From NCBI GenBank assembly GCA_049601975.1, contig JBMYRC010000002.1, positions 18,683 to 82,682 of the forward strand: a stretch of DNA of 64,000 bases, read 5' to 3'. Below are positions 21,424 to 32,227 of this stretch, one piece after another. How positions within the stretch are numbered: the first letter of the stretch is position 1; each line of letters starts with the position of its first letter. Below the pieces are notes generated by a model, which was not told the origin of the DNA, did not search any database, and saw nothing but the letters and a program-made list of their open reading frames with translations. The position numbers and the translations under genes are program-made. The DNA is from Alphaproteobacteria bacterium (GTDB lineage Bacteria; Pseudomonadota; Alphaproteobacteria; UBA8366).

Positions 21424-21587
21424 GGGAAAACGTTACTCAACCACTTGCAATCATACTAATCTGAGACTATACCCCGCGCACTAACTTCACACGTGGGCTC
21501 GCGGACCTCTTCACATATCAAGTGCGTTCGCTCCGGTGTCGGTAACGACCAAAGCCCGCGGAGGATTAACCGGAAAAGGAAATTATC

Positions 21588-22457
21588 ATGGCGATGCCAT
21601 CTTTTACGATGCGTCAGCTCTTGGAAGCTGGTGTACATTTCGGCCATACGACTCGGCGCTGGAACCCGAAAATGGAACCATTCATTTTCGGTGAACGGAA
21701 CGGCGTTCACATTATCGATTTGGAACAAACGGTCCCGATGCTTTATCGGGCCATGGAAGCGGTGCGCGATGTCGCAGCAGGCGGGGGACGCATTCTCTTC
21801 GTCGGCACGAAACGGCAAGCAGCGACAATCGTTTCGGAATCCGCCTCGCGTTGTGGGCAATACTACGTCAATCACCGTTGGCTTGGCGGCATGATGACGA
21901 ATTGGAAGACGATCTCCAATTCGATCAAGCGCCTGCGTACGGTTGAAGAACAACTGGCTGTAGAAGATATCGGCCTGACGAAGCGTGAATTGCTGAAGGT
22001 CGAGCGCGAGCGCGCCAAGTTGGATCAAGCCTTAGGCGGAATTAAGGAGATGGGCGGATTACCTGATATCTTGTTCATCATCGACACCAATAAGGAAGAC
22101 ATCGCCGTTCAAGAAGCGACGAAATTGGGTCTTCCTGTCATCGCGGTGATCGATAGTAATTCCAACCCAGAAGGTGTTACCTATCCGATTCCGGGGAATG
22201 ATGACGCGATGCGCGCCATCAGTCTTTATTGCGAATTAATCAGCGGTGCGGTTCTCGACGGACTGCAAGCCGAGATGGTTGCAAGTGGCGCTGATGCCGG
22301 TGAGCAGGAAGCACCTGCTGCTGAAATTACTGCTGTTCCGGAAGTTGCAGTCGCAGCAGCCGAACCTGCACCGGAAGCGGCGGCCCCTGAAGGGACATCG
22401 GCAGATGCCACACCGGCAGAGGCCCCCGCGGAAAGCGCTGATACTCCGAGTGCTTAA
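21588..22457 (+). CDS. rpsB: 30S ribosomal protein S2 with Ala/Pro/Glu-rich C-terminal tail
   Basis: 289 aa. N-terminus [29 protein letters not shown]. The last ~50 aa are low-complexity (..[29 protein letters not shown]..). Confidence 0.95.
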   Translation: MAMPSFTMRQLLEAGVHFGHTTRRWNPKMEPFIFGERNGVHIIDLEQTVPMLYRAMEAVRDVAAGGGRILFVGTKRQAATIVSESASRCGQYYVNHRWLGGMMTNWKTISNSIKRLRTVEEQLAVEDIGLTKRELLKVERERAKLDQALGGIKEMGGLPDILFIIDTNKEDIAVQEATKLGLPVIAVIDSNSNPEGVTYPIPGNDDAMRAISLYCELISGAVLDGLQAEMVASGADAGEQEAPAAEITAVPEVAVAAAEPAPEAAAPEGTSADATPAEAPAESADTPSA

Positions 22458-22519
22458 CGGCGAAAATTCAACGCTCAGTTCAAGTGGTTGAAGGTTTTAG
22501 AATTCGAGAGGAATGAGAT

Positions 22520-23446
22520 ATGGCTGAAATTACAGCTAGTCTGGTGAAAGAGCTGCGCGAAAAGACTGGCGCAGGCATGATGGATTGTAAAAAGGCGCTG
22601 GTCGAAACTGGTGGAAATGTTGAGGAGGCTGTTGATTTCCTTCGTAAAAATGGCCTTGCGGCCGCTGCGAAAAAGTCAGGCCGTGTTGCTTCTGAAGGTT
22701 TGATCGGCGTCGCTACGAAAGATGGTGCCGGCTCCGTCGTCGAAATTAATGCTGAGACTGACTTTGTCGCGCGTAACGATGATTTCCAAGCGTTTGTCTC
22801 CGCCGTTGCGGAGATTATGCTCGATCACGGCGACAACTTCGAAGCGGTCACGAATGCGGCATTCCCCGGCACTGAGCGCACGGTCGGCGAACAACTTACA
22901 CATAACATTGCGACCATTGGCGAAAATATGAGCATGCGCCGCGGTCAATCGTTGAATGTCGATGAAGGATGTGTGGTTTCCTACGTGCACAACGCATTGT
23001 CAGGAGGCCTTGGTAAGATCGGCGTGCTAGTTGCCTTGGAGTCTAAGGGCGACCACGCAGCGCTCAAGCAATTGGGTCGGCAGATCGCCATGCATGTCGC
23101 GGCGGCGCGTCCGGAAGCGTTATCCGTAGAAAGCATCGCGCCGGAAGCCTTGGAGCGTGAGCGAAGTGTCTTGATCGACCAGGCAAAAGCCAGCGGCAAG
23201 CCGGACAATATCATTGAAAAAATGGTCGAAGGCCGTCTTCGTAAGTACTATGAAGAAGTTGCTCTAATGGAGCAGGTCTTTGTGATAGACAACGAGACAA
23301 AAATCGCGAAAGTCGTTGAAAACGCGGCAAAGGAGATGGGTGTGCCGGTCGCGCTGACTGGTTTTGTCCGTTATGAATTAGGCGAAGGCATTGAGAAGTC
23401 TGAAGCTGATTTCGCAGCTGAGGTAGCGGCAACGCTGAATACATAG
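22520..23446 (+). CDS. tsf: Translation elongation factor Ts
   Basis: 308 aa. N-terminus [27 protein letters not shown]. Follows rpsB. Confidence 0.95.
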   Translation: MAEITASLVKELREKTGAGMMDCKKALVETGGNVEEAVDFLRKNGLAAAAKKSGRVASEGLIGVATKDGAGSVVEINAETDFVARNDDFQAFVSAVAEIMLDHGDNFEAVTNAAFPGTERTVGEQLTHNIATIGENMSMRRGQSLNVDEGCVVSYVHNALSGGLGKIGVLVALESKGDHAALKQLGRQIAMHVAAARPEALSVESIAPEALERERSVLIDQAKASGKPDNIIEKMVEGRLRKYYEEVALMEQVFVIDNETKIAKVVENAAKEMGVPVALTGFVRYELGEGIEKSEADFAAEVAATLNT

Positions 23447-23450
23447 AATA

Positions 23451-24218
23451 ATGAGTGATTCCAACACCCTAGAATATAACGAGGATTCTAACGACGAACC
23501 GGCTTCGGGCCGTCGTCGCGTACTTCTCAAGCTATCGGGTGAAGCCCTTATGGGTGGCTTGGAATATGGCCTCGATCCGGAGATATTGGATCGAATCGCG
23601 GCCGAGGTCAGCGGTGTCGCCAGCATGAATGTTGAAATCTGCTTGGTGATCGGCGGCGGGAATATCTTCCGTGGCGTCTCCGGTGCGGCTACTGGCATGG
23701 ACCGGACTTCAGCGGATTACATGGGTATGCTGGCCACGGTGATTAACGCTCTGGCGATGCAAAACGCGCTGGAACGTGCGGGTGTGATCACGCGTGTTCT
23801 TTCCGCCATCCCGATGCAGGCAGTATGTGAGCCGTATATTCGCAGACGAGCTGTACGGCATATGGAAAAAGGGCGTGTGGTGATCTTTGCCGCCGGTACC
23901 GGGAACCCTTTCTTCACGACCGATACCGCTGCTGCACTACGCGCATCCGAGATGAATTGCGATACGTTGCTAAAAGCAACAAAAGTCGACGGTGTGTATA
24001 GCGACGACCCAGTAGAAAACCCTGATGCAGAACGCTATGACTCGCTCACTTATCGTGAAGTGCTCTCACGCGACCTGAAGGTAATGGATGCGTCGGCAAT
24101 TTCCCTAGCGCGGGAAAACAGCATACCGATTGTTGTGTTTTCGATATACGATAAAGGTGCCTTTGCCGACGTAATCGATGGAAAGGGTCGGTTCACAGTC
24201 ATTGACCATGGGGGGTAA
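23451..24218 (+). CDS. pyrH: UMP kinase
   Basis: 255 aa. Motifs [10 protein letters not shown] and [10 protein letters not shown]. Has a ~20-aa acidic N-terminal extension. Confidence 0.93.
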   Translation: MSDSNTLEYNEDSNDEPASGRRRVLLKLSGEALMGGLEYGLDPEILDRIAAEVSGVASMNVEICLVIGGGNIFRGVSGAATGMDRTSADYMGMLATVINALAMQNALERAGVITRVLSAIPMQAVCEPYIRRRAVRHMEKGRVVIFAAGTGNPFFTTDTAAALRASEMNCDTLLKATKVDGVYSDDPVENPDAERYDSLTYREVLSRDLKVMDASAISLARENSIPIVVFSIYDKGAFADVIDGKGRFTVIDHGG

Positions 24219-24221
24219 AAC

Positions 24222-24779
24222 ATGGCCGAGATTGACCTAAGCGATATTGAACGGCGCATGGATGGCGCTTTGGAAGCTCTAAACCGAGAGTTCGGTGGAC
24301 TTCGGACAGGTCGAGCTTCACCAGCGTTATTGGACCCGTTAACGGTCGATGCGTATGGATCTCAAATGCCGCTCAATCAGGTAGGGACGGTGAACGCGCC
24401 GGAAGCACGTCTTCTGACGGTTCAGGTTTGGGATCAGCAACTTGTAAAAGCCGTTGAAAAATCAGTAGTCGAATCCAATTTGGGGCTCAATCCTCAGACG
24501 GAAGGAAACCTGATTCGTATTCCCATTCCGGATTTGAGTGAAGAACGACGCGTTGAGTTGAAAAAGATAGCGGGTAAATATGCCGAACAGGGCAAGATTG
24601 CGATAAGAAATGTTCGTCGCGATGGAATGGATACGCTGAAGCAAATGGAGCGGGATGGCGAAATCTCGCAAGACCAGCAAAAGTCGCAATCCGAAGAAAT
24701 CCAAAAATTGACCGATGCACAGATCTCGAAAATTGATACTATGTTGGAAGCCAAAGAAACGGAGATAATGCAGGTCTGA
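24222..24779 (+). CDS. frr: Ribosome recycling factor
   Basis: 185 aa. RRF sequence ..[26 protein letters not shown].. Canonical position. Confidence 0.95.
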   Translation: MAEIDLSDIERRMDGALEALNREFGGLRTGRASPALLDPLTVDAYGSQMPLNQVGTVNAPEARLLTVQVWDQQLVKAVEKSVVESNLGLNPQTEGNLIRIPIPDLSEERRVELKKIAGKYAEQGKIAIRNVRRDGMDTLKQMERDGEISQDQQKSQSEEIQKLTDAQISKIDTMLEAKETEIMQV

Positions 24780-24781
24780 TT

Positions 24782-25522
24782 ATGGTTTCCGTTTCCGCCA
24801 CAACAGATGCCGGAACCATTCCGGCGCATATCGCCATTATCATGGACGGTAACGGACGTTGGGCGAAATCGTATGGTCTTCCGCGCGCGGAAGGACATAG
24901 ACGCGGTGCCGAGGCGGTAAGACGGATCGTCGAAACCGCGTCAGACTTAGGTGTATCATATCTCACATTGTTTGGGTTTTCTTCCGAAAACTGGAAACGG
25001 CCGGAGCGTGAAGTCGAAGAATTGATGCTGTTATTGCGTCTGTATCTTCGTTCCGAAATTGCGGAAATGCACAAGAATAATATTCGTTTCCTGATGATCG
25101 GAGATCGCTCGAAGCTGCCGAAAATCGTGGTCGAACTTATCGATAACGCAGAATCAACTACTGTTAATAATACCGGCCTGACGCTTGTGTTGGCTTTGAG
25201 CTACGGTGCGCGGCAAGAGATCGTTGCCGCCGTAAAGAGCCTTTGTGAACGCGTTAGGAATAAAGATCTGCAAATAGATGAAATTGACGACGCGGCGTTT
25301 GCGTCGAGTCTGCTGACAAATTCGGTGCCAGACCCTGATTTGGTCATCCGGACGAGTGGGGAGCAGCGGGTCAGTAATTTCCTATTGTGGCAGATTGCAT
25401 ACAGCGAGTTCGTTTTCATGGATGTCCTTTGGCCGGATTTTGGCGAGAACGAGTTGCGTCAAGCAATCACCGAATATCAATCTCGTGAGCGGCGATACGG
25501 CGCCTCAGAAAAACCGACATAG
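24782..25522 (+). CDS. uppS: Isoprenyl transferase (undecaprenyl-diphosphate synthase)
   Basis: 246 aa. Motifs HIAIIMDGNGRWA and ..RTSGEQRVSNFLLWQIAYSEF.. Confidence 0.93.
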   Translation: MVSVSATTDAGTIPAHIAIIMDGNGRWAKSYGLPRAEGHRRGAEAVRRIVETASDLGVSYLTLFGFSSENWKRPEREVEELMLLLRLYLRSEIAEMHKNNIRFLMIGDRSKLPKIVVELIDNAESTTVNNTGLTLVLALSYGARQEIVAAVKSLCERVRNKDLQIDEIDDAAFASSLLTNSVPDPDLVIRTSGEQRVSNFLLWQIAYSEFVFMDVLWPDFGENELRQAITEYQSRERRYGASEKPT

Positions 25523-25531
25523 GATAGGCTC

Positions 25532-26365
25532 TTGCTAGGCCTCCGTACTCTTTCATCGGTCATAATCATACCGCCGGTCATCGCTGCCATCTGGTATGGC
25601 GGCTACTCCTATATGGCTTTGATTGTCCTAGTAGGTGGTGCAATGGGATGGGAATTGGCACGTCTTGCGACGGCCAGGGACGGTTTGGTGGTGGCTTTTA
25701 GTGTATTTTGTATGGCTAGCACCCCGGTTGTCGCGGAGTTTATCGGGGTAATCCACGGATTTATATGGATTATGATTGGAGTGATTGGCTTTGCGGTTTT
25801 AACACGCTCCCATGTGCAATCGACTTCCGAGCGAATTGGTTTTGCTTTTATCTGTGCTCTCGGGCAACTGGCGCTCTTGTCGCTGGTGTGGCTACGGTAC
25901 GGTGACGCCCGTGGGGCTGGAGTTATTTTCTATGTAGTCTTGGTAATCGCCGCGACGGATATCGGTGCTTATTTCGCTGGGAAAGGTATCGGCGGTCCGA
26001 AACTAGCGCCACGCATTAGCCCCAATAAGACATGGGCAGGACTGATTGGCGGAATGGTATTAGCCGGGGTAGCCGGTTTCGGATTTGTGGAAGTACTAAC
26101 GCTAGCAGGTGGATGGCATCCGGAAGAAAAAGGGACGGCCTTCCTTGTCGCGACGATTATTTTGAGTGTTGTACTTGCGCCAGTCGCGCAATTGGGGGAC
26201 CTGTTGGAATCGTGGATCAAGCGAAAACGCGGTGCCAAAGATAGTGGAAAATTGATTCCTGGCCACGGTGGTATTCTGGATCGCGTTGATGGGTACTTGA
26301 CCGCGGTGCCTCTCGTAGCGCTAATAACTTTAATGGACAAAGGGGGGCCTTTCGCTTGGCCGTGA
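25532..26365 (+). CDS. cdsA: Phosphatidate cytidylyltransferase
   Basis: 277 aa with a TTG start. Polytopic membrane protein with the CDS signature ESWIKRKRGAKDSGKLIPGHGGILDRVDG. Confidence 0.9.
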   Translation: MLGLRTLSSVIIIPPVIAAIWYGGYSYMALIVLVGGAMGWELARLATARDGLVVAFSVFCMASTPVVAEFIGVIHGFIWIMIGVIGFAVLTRSHVQSTSERIGFAFICALGQLALLSLVWLRYGDARGAGVIFYVVLVIAATDIGAYFAGKGIGGPKLAPRISPNKTWAGLIGGMVLAGVAGFGFVEVLTLAGGWHPEEKGTAFLVATIILSVVLAPVAQLGDLLESWIKRKRGAKDSGKLIPGHGGILDRVDGYLTAVPLVALITLMDKGGPFAWP

Positions 26366-27567
26366 CTACGGAAGAACGTGCTGTCGTATTGCCATCGGCG
26401 GCACCGAAGTCTGTTACGATTTTGGGCTCAACAGGCTCTGTCGGATGTCAGACAATCGATTTGCTGGAACGAGACCGCGGCAACTTTAAAGTCGTTGCGC
26501 TAACCGCGAATCAGAATGTTGAATTATTGGTGAAGCAAGCTATCGATTTACGGCCGGATTATGTTGCGATTGGGGACGAACGCCAATATGAGGCGCTAAA
26601 GCAAGCATTGAGCGGTAGGGGAATTGAGGTTGGTGCCGGTGAAAAGGGTATTGGAGAGGCAGCGGACCGTGATGCTGAGTGGGTTATGGCGGCGATTGTC
26701 GGAGCGGCGGGCCTGAAACCGACGCTCCGGGCCATTCAGCGCGGGGCGACCGTTGCGCTCGCGAATAAGGAATGTCTTGTTTGCGCCGGAGAGTTATTGA
26801 TGGCTGAAATGAGCCGTCGAAACGCGCGGCTGTTACCAGTCGATTCGGAACATAACGCCATCTATCAAGTATTTGATTTTGAGCGAATTGAAGGCATTGA
26901 AAAACTAATCCTAACGGCTTCTGGTGGCCCGTTTAGGAATTACAGCCGTGAAGATATGCGTTTGGTAACACCGTCACAAGCTGTGGCTCATCCCAATTGG
27001 GACATGGGTGCGAAAATTTCTGTTGATTCCGCGACAATGATGAACAAAGGCCTGGAAATCATTGAAGCACATCATATTTTTGGAATTCCGGAAGAACGTA
27101 TCAAAGTTATCGTACACCCGCAGTCGGTCATTCATAGCATGGTTTCCTATGTAGACGGATCGGTTCTTGCTCAGCTTGGCTCTCCGGATATGAGAACGCC
27201 AATTGCCTATACTTTGGCGTGGCCCGCGCGTATGGCCACACCTTCGAAGCGCCTGGATCTTGGAGAAATTGGGTCTCTTGATTTCGAAGCCCCTGACCCG
27301 GAGCGGTTTCCTGCGCTGCGTCTCACGAGAGAAGCCCTTAAGGCTGGAGGGTCCGCGGCCACAATTCTGAATGCGGCAAATGAAATTGCAGTTGCGGCGT
27401 TTTTATCCAAGCAAATTGGATTTTTAGACATTGCCTCGGTGGTTGAAGATTCGATGAGCGACATTAACTACGGCTCACTGTCTTCAATTGATGATGTCTT
27501 CTATCTTGATGATGTCGCCCGGAAAACAGCTTCCGAATTGGTCAGTGAAAAATATGCGCGTTCGTAA
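26356..27567 (+). CDS. dxr: 1-deoxy-D-xylulose 5-phosphate reductoisomerase
   Basis: ~400 aa. ILGSTGSVG NADPH motif and ..NKECLVCAG..DSEHNAI.. The start is uncertain (TTG 26356 or GTG 26362) and both overlap the cdsA stop. Confidence 0.9.
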   Translation: MAVTTEERAVVLPSAAPKSVTILGSTGSVGCQTIDLLERDRGNFKVVALTANQNVELLVKQAIDLRPDYVAIGDERQYEALKQALSGRGIEVGAGEKGIGEAADRDAEWVMAAIVGAAGLKPTLRAIQRGATVALANKECLVCAGELLMAEMSRRNARLLPVDSEHNAIYQVFDFERIEGIEKLILTASGGPFRNYSREDMRLVTPSQAVAHPNWDMGAKISVDSATMMNKGLEIIEAHHIFGIPEERIKVIVHPQSVIHSMVSYVDGSVLAQLGSPDMRTPIAYTLAWPARMATPSKRLDLGEIGSLDFEAPDPERFPALRLTREALKAGGSAATILNAANEIAVAAFLSKQIGFLDIASVVEDSMSDINYGSLSSIDDVFYLDDVARKTASELVSEKYARS

Positions 27568-27591
27568 TTTAGCCCCTAACGTTGAGCCAAT

Positions 27592-28686
27592 ATGGAATAT
27601 CTGACGACAATTTTCGATTATGCGATCCCATTTCTCGTTGTTCTAACGGTATTGGTGTTCTTTCACGAGCTTGGACACTACCTTGTTGCCCGTTATAACG
27701 GTGTCCGGGTGGAAGTATTTTCAGTCGGGTTTGGTCCGGAATTGTTCGGTCGTACGGATAAATCGGGTACCCGTTGGAAGTTCAGCGCCGTCCCGCTTGG
27801 CGGTTACGTAAAAATGTTCGGAGAGAATACAACACCTGGTGATGTGGACCAGGCACCAATGACACTGGAAGAAGAGGGTGTTGCGTTTCACAAGAAATCT
27901 ATCGGGCAAAGAGCGGCAATTGTGTTTGCCGGTCCCGCCGCAAATTTTTTGCTGGCGATTATTATCTTCGCTTTATTGTTTATCTTCGTTGGGCAACCGT
28001 TTACGTCACCAGAAATCGGTAAAGTGCATCCGCATAGTGCGGCTGAACGCGCGGGACTGGAATCCGGCGATATATTCGTTGAAATAAACGGTCGTAAGAT
28101 CGAGCGGTTTGAAGACGTGCAGCAAATCATCGTTCTTAATATCAATGAGGCGCTGTCTATATCGGTCGATCGTGACGGCAGCTACGTAGATCTGGTCGCG
28201 AAGCCCGATATTGTCGAACGAAAAGATAGATCCGGCAACGTTCATCGCATTGGTATGTTAGGCGTCTCGAGTAAGGGACGGGATTACATACAACACGACC
28301 CGATTACCGCAATTTGGCGATCGATTTTGGAAACCGGCCATTTGAGCGTTGGGACTCTGAAGGCGGTAGGACAGGTGATTTCCGGGCAACGTGATACAAA
28401 GGAGTTGGGCGGTCCGATCAAGATCGCTCAAATTTCGCACGATTTTGCGCAGATCAGTGCGGATTCTCTCTTGTGGCTCATCGCATTACTCTCAATCAAT
28501 CTTGGTTTACTCAACCTTTTCCCAATCCCCATGTTGGACGGTGGCCACTTACTTTTTTATGCATTTGAAACGGTTTTGGGGCGTCCATTGGGCGAACGTG
28601 TACAGGAAATCGGTCTAAGAATCGGACTGGCGCTTGTTATTTCGCTTATGGTATTCGTTACTGTAAATGACCTGATAAACCTTTAA
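27592..28686 (+). CDS. rseP: RIP zinc metalloprotease RseP
   Basis: 364 aa. HELGH zinc motif (FFHELGHYLVAR), central PDZ domain, C-terminal LNLFPIPMLDGGH. Confidence 0.92.
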   Translation: MEYLTTIFDYAIPFLVVLTVLVFFHELGHYLVARYNGVRVEVFSVGFGPELFGRTDKSGTRWKFSAVPLGGYVKMFGENTTPGDVDQAPMTLEEEGVAFHKKSIGQRAAIVFAGPAANFLLAIIIFALLFIFVGQPFTSPEIGKVHPHSAAERAGLESGDIFVEINGRKIERFEDVQQIIVLNINEALSISVDRDGSYVDLVAKPDIVERKDRSGNVHRIGMLGVSSKGRDYIQHDPITAIWRSILETGHLSVGTLKAVGQVISGQRDTKELGGPIKIAQISHDFAQISADSLLWLIALLSINLGLLNLFPIPMLDGGHLLFYAFETVLGRPLGERVQEIGLRIGLALVISLMVFVTVNDLINL

Positions 28687-28708
28687 TTCCTATGAAATTA
28701 CCTATATT

Positions 28709-31114
28709 TTGATTTGCGGCGACTACCGAAAGATTTTGGGGGCTTTTTTGCGTTCAAGCGTTTTATTCCTGCTTATGCTCATTGCAGTTTCTTTGACGAT
28801 TTATGGGCCTCTTGCGTCTGCACAGACGAGCGGAGTGCCTACAATTGTCCCACCGACACCGCGGGGCGGATTGGCTCCAGTGTCGCCGCCACGAAATATC
28901 GGGCCGCGCGTCGGTACTGATGGAGTTAAAGTTTCCGAAGTAATAGTCCAAGGCACGCAAAGGATCGAGCCCGACACGGTTAGGTCTTATATGACCTTAA
29001 AAGCGGGTGAGCATTTCAGTAATCGCAAGATTAATGAATCGTTGAAGACTCTGTTTGCGACCGGTTTGTTTGCAGATGTAACGATCCGGCGGCAGGGCAC
29101 CGAAATATTCATTCAAGTCGTTGAAAATCCGATAATCAATAAGATAGCTTTCGAGCAAAACAGCGAGATAGATGACGATATCCTGAGGTCGGAAGTTCAA
29201 TTGCGCCCGCGTATCGTCTTTACCCGAAAGCGGGTTCAAGGGGATGTAAAGCGACTATTGGAGCTCTATCGGCGCAGCGGTCATTTCGCAACGAAAATTG
29301 AACCAAAGGTTATTCAATTACCGCAGAATCGCGTCGATCTTGTTTTCGAAATTGATGAAGGAAAAGAAACTTCGGTTTCACGGATTGTTTTTGTTGGAAA
29401 TCGGTTCTTTGCCGATGATGGCCTGCGCGGCGTTATCCAGACCAAGGAGGATCGATGGTATAGATTCTTTTCGAACGCCGATACCTATGATCCGGATCGA
29501 TTGATATTTGATCGTGAATTACTGAGGCGGCATTACCTCGAGAACGGCTTTGCCGATTTCCGTGTTGTGTCAGCAGTCGCGGAGCTGACGGTCGATCAGA
29601 AGAATTTTTTTGTTACGTTTACCGTTGATGAAGGGAATCGGTACAAATTCGGTAAGATTGAAGCGACGTCTCGGATTAAGGAAATTAAGTCAGAACAGTT
29701 AAAGCCGCTTTTAAAAATCGAACAAAATTCTTGGTATACCGTATCTCAAGTTGATGATGCTGTGATTGCTCTGACCGACTTTGCGGCAGACCGCGGTTTT
29801 GCCTTTGTTGAGGCTCGCCCGGTTGTAAACCGTGACCGTGAAAAGAAAATTATCGACGTGACTTTTGATCTGCAGGAAGGATCAAAGGTTTTCGTCGAGC
29901 GTATCAATATAAGTGGAAACGTCCGAACGTTAGATTCTGTCATCCGCCGAGAATTTCGTCTGATAGAAGGCGATGCATTTAACGCAGCGAAACTAAGGCG
30001 TTCGCGGCAACGGATTCAAAATCTTGGCTATTTCGGTAAAGTCGAAATCAATAACCTTCCTGGGACAGACACAGATAAGACGGTAATACAGGTTGACTTA
30101 GAGGAACAATCGACGGGTGAACTCAATCTCGGGTTTGGGTTTTCAACATCGGAAGGTGGCCTTATCGATGCAGGTATCACGGAGCGCAACTTCTTAGGGC
30201 GCGGTCAAGATGTTCGAGCAAAATTCACGCTCTCACAACGTAGTCAAAATTTTGATCTTGGATTTACTGAGCCCTATTTCTTGGGTAAAAATCTTTCGGC
30301 TGGCGTTGACCTATTCAAAACGGAACGTGATAACACGGATGAAAGTTCATTTACCGGTAAGAGGACGGGTGGCGGGCTTCGTCTTGGCTACGAAATAAAT
30401 GAGGAATGGCGGCAAACACTCCGCTACGTGATTCGGCGGGATGAGATTAGTGATGTTGACTCCGATGCGTCGTTCTTTATCCGGAATCAAGCAGGCAAGT
30501 CGACTACTTCTCTAATCGGACAAGACCTAACCCTGGATTTGCTCAATAGCCAGCAAGCACCAACGGATGGCGTTTTATTTCGCTTAAACACTGACTTAGC
30601 GGGACTTGGCGGAGACACTCAGTATGTTAGGGCTAAAATATCTGGTGCTTATTATTATCAAATTGCGACACATTGGGTTGTAAATATCGGCGGTGAGGTT
30701 GGCCATATTCAGGATTTTGGAGAAGAAATTAAAATCAATGATAGGTTTTTCCTAGGTGGCGATAATTTGCGTGGCTTCGAAGATTCCGGTGTTGGTCCAA
30801 GAGTATCAGGTGCGGAGGACTCCTTGGGCGGTCGTACATTCTTTACCAGTACCGCGGAATTAAGTTTCCCGTTTGGATTACCGGAAGAATTAGGCTTCTC
30901 AGGCGCAATATTCACCGATATTGGTACGTTATTAGATCCCGTTGAGGATGACTCCACGATTCTGAATGTAACCACACCGCGTATTTCCGCAGGTTTGGGG
31001 CTTAAGTGGCGGTCACCATTTGGTCCGATCCGGCTTGATGTTGCGTTGCCTGTTGTAAAGGAAGATTTCGACAAGGAAGAGCTTTTCAGGTTTAACTTTG
31101 GAACCAGGTTTTAG
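28709..31114 (+). CDS. bamA: Outer membrane protein assembly factor BamA
   Basis: 801 aa. Signal peptide ..LASA|QT, POTRA repeats, Omp85 barrel ending ..ELFRFNFGTRF. The TTG start at 28709 is uncertain by a few codons. Confidence 0.93.
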   Translation: MICGDYRKILGAFLRSSVLFLLMLIAVSLTIYGPLASAQTSGVPTIVPPTPRGGLAPVSPPRNIGPRVGTDGVKVSEVIVQGTQRIEPDTVRSYMTLKAGEHFSNRKINESLKTLFATGLFADVTIRRQGTEIFIQVVENPIINKIAFEQNSEIDDDILRSEVQLRPRIVFTRKRVQGDVKRLLELYRRSGHFATKIEPKVIQLPQNRVDLVFEIDEGKETSVSRIVFVGNRFFADDGLRGVIQTKEDRWYRFFSNADTYDPDRLIFDRELLRRHYLENGFADFRVVSAVAELTVDQKNFFVTFTVDEGNRYKFGKIEATSRIKEIKSEQLKPLLKIEQNSWYTVSQVDDAVIALTDFAADRGFAFVEARPVVNRDREKKIIDVTFDLQEGSKVFVERINISGNVRTLDSVIRREFRLIEGDAFNAAKLRRSRQRIQNLGYFGKVEINNLPGTDTDKTVIQVDLEEQSTGELNLGFGFSTSEGGLIDAGITERNFLGRGQDVRAKFTLSQRSQNFDLGFTEPYFLGKNLSAGVDLFKTERDNTDESSFTGKRTGGGLRLGYEINEEWRQTLRYVIRRDEISDVDSDASFFIRNQAGKSTTSLIGQDLTLDLLNSQQAPTDGVLFRLNTDLAGLGGDTQYVRAKISGAYYYQIATHWVVNIGGEVGHIQDFGEEIKINDRFFLGGDNLRGFEDSGVGPRVSGAEDSLGGRTFFTSTAELSFPFGLPEELGFSGAIFTDIGTLLDPVEDDSTILNVTTPRISAGLGLKWRSPFGPIRLDVALPVVKEDFDKEELFRFNFGTRF

Positions 31115-31118
31115 GAAA

Positions 31119-31745
31119 ATGTCTGAGACACTGCGAATTGCAGTGACTGTTACTGCCTATATCCCGGCTTCTTTAATCACGGGATATTCCAATGCAGCCA
31201 AGATAATGCGAGCGCCGGTCGTCGCGAACATCAATTTTCAGCAAATCACACGAGATCCAAAAGCTGGTGACGCGATACGCGAAAAATCGCGGCGCAGCAT
31301 TCAATCTATCAAATTAAAATCCAGCAATAACAGGATGATTTCTAGATAGACCGAAAATCTATCCAAGAGAAACAAAAAATCTTTCCTGTGAAAAATTAGA
31401 AAAACTAAGCAAAGTGTATCGCGGTAAGGCGGAAGATTTACAAAAGCTGGTGCTGGCAGAAAACGGTATCTGGATCAAATGTATACCAATGGAATGCGAG
31501 CCATTAAGGCAGAACTGCTTGAAGAGGTTTGAAATATCGCTTTGGAAAATGGAATATACCTCATTGTGAATGCCACCAGCGGACAAGGGATCGTGATTTA
31601 CGCCAATCCTAAGATTGTGATCAGGGGAGAGGCGTAACTTCGTCTTAATAAACGACTACCCGAGGTAAACCTTGCGCCGCCGCCGACGAAGGAAATTCGC
31701 GCTACGGAAGACAAGGTGAAGAAAACTGGGACTGCGAAGGAATAA
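31119..31745 (+). pseudogene. skp: Skp/OmpH-family periplasmic chaperone, decayed (frameshifts plus in-frame stops)
   Basis: ATG 31119 with AGGAAAA upstream opens MSETLRIAVTVTAYIPASL...VVANINFQQITRDPKAGDAIREK and then loses frame. The Lys/Gln/Glu-rich continuation sits in other frames (..IAAQHSIYQIKIQQ*QDDF*.., ..EKLEKLSKVYRGKAEDLQKLVLAE..). The C-terminal part ..MRAIKAELLEEV*NIALENGIYLIVNATSGQGIVIYANPKIVIRGEA*LRLNKRLPEVNL.. carries TGA 31530-31532 and TAA 31635-31637. The slot between bamA and fabZ is the canonical skp position. Confidence 0.7.
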
Positions 31746-31750
31746 GCACT

Positions 31751-32227
31751 GTGGAAGACGAGAACCGCGATGACGCCGATACTGAAAGCGTTTCCGTTGA
31801 TATAAATGGGATCATGGACATGATCCCTCACCGTTATCCTTTCCTAATGATCGATAAGGTGACGGATATCGTTCCTTCGAAGCAGGCAACCGGGATCAAA
31901 TGCGTTTCCATGGCAGAACCGCATTTTCAGGGACATTTCCCCGTAAAGCCGATCATGCCCGGCGTATTGATCATCGAGGCAATGGCACAAACCGCGGCGG
32001 TGCTCGTCGTTCATAGCACTGGATTGGAATCGAAAGGGAAAGTCGTCTACTTCATGTCGATAGACAATGCGCGTTTCCGTAAACCCGTCGTTCCTGGAGA
32101 CGTTTTATATCTTCACGTGGAGACTGTTCGCCAACGTGGGAATGTTTGGAAACTGAGCGGTAAGGCAATGGTTGATGATAACGTCGTTTCCGAAGTGGTG
32201 TTTGCAGCTATGATCGCTGATTCTTGA
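31751..32227 (+). CDS. fabZ: 3-hydroxyacyl-ACP dehydratase
   Basis: 158 aa with a GTG start. Hot-dog motif HFQGHFPVKPIMPGVLIIEAMAQTAA. Confidence 0.92.
   Translation: MEDENRDDADTESVSVDINGIMDMIPHRYPFLMIDKVTDIVPSKQATGIKCVSMAEPHFQGHFPVKPIMPGVLIIEAMAQTAAVLVVHSTGLESKGKVVYFMSIDNARFRKPVVPGDVLYLHVETVRQRGNVWKLSGKAMVDDNVVSEVVFAAMIADS

Noticed and set aside
21456-22028. 190-aa minus-strand ORF and 133-aa plus-strand ORF overlapping the rpsB 5' region
   Set aside because: They overlap the unambiguous S2 gene and have no recognisable similarity or start context.
31328-31637. In-frame TAA, TAG and TGA codons in the skp region read as recoding or an alternative genetic code
   Set aside because: All three stop codons terminate the ~55 intact genes normally and none occurs inside them. 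The region also needs frameshifts to be read. Pseudogenisation is the simpler explanation.
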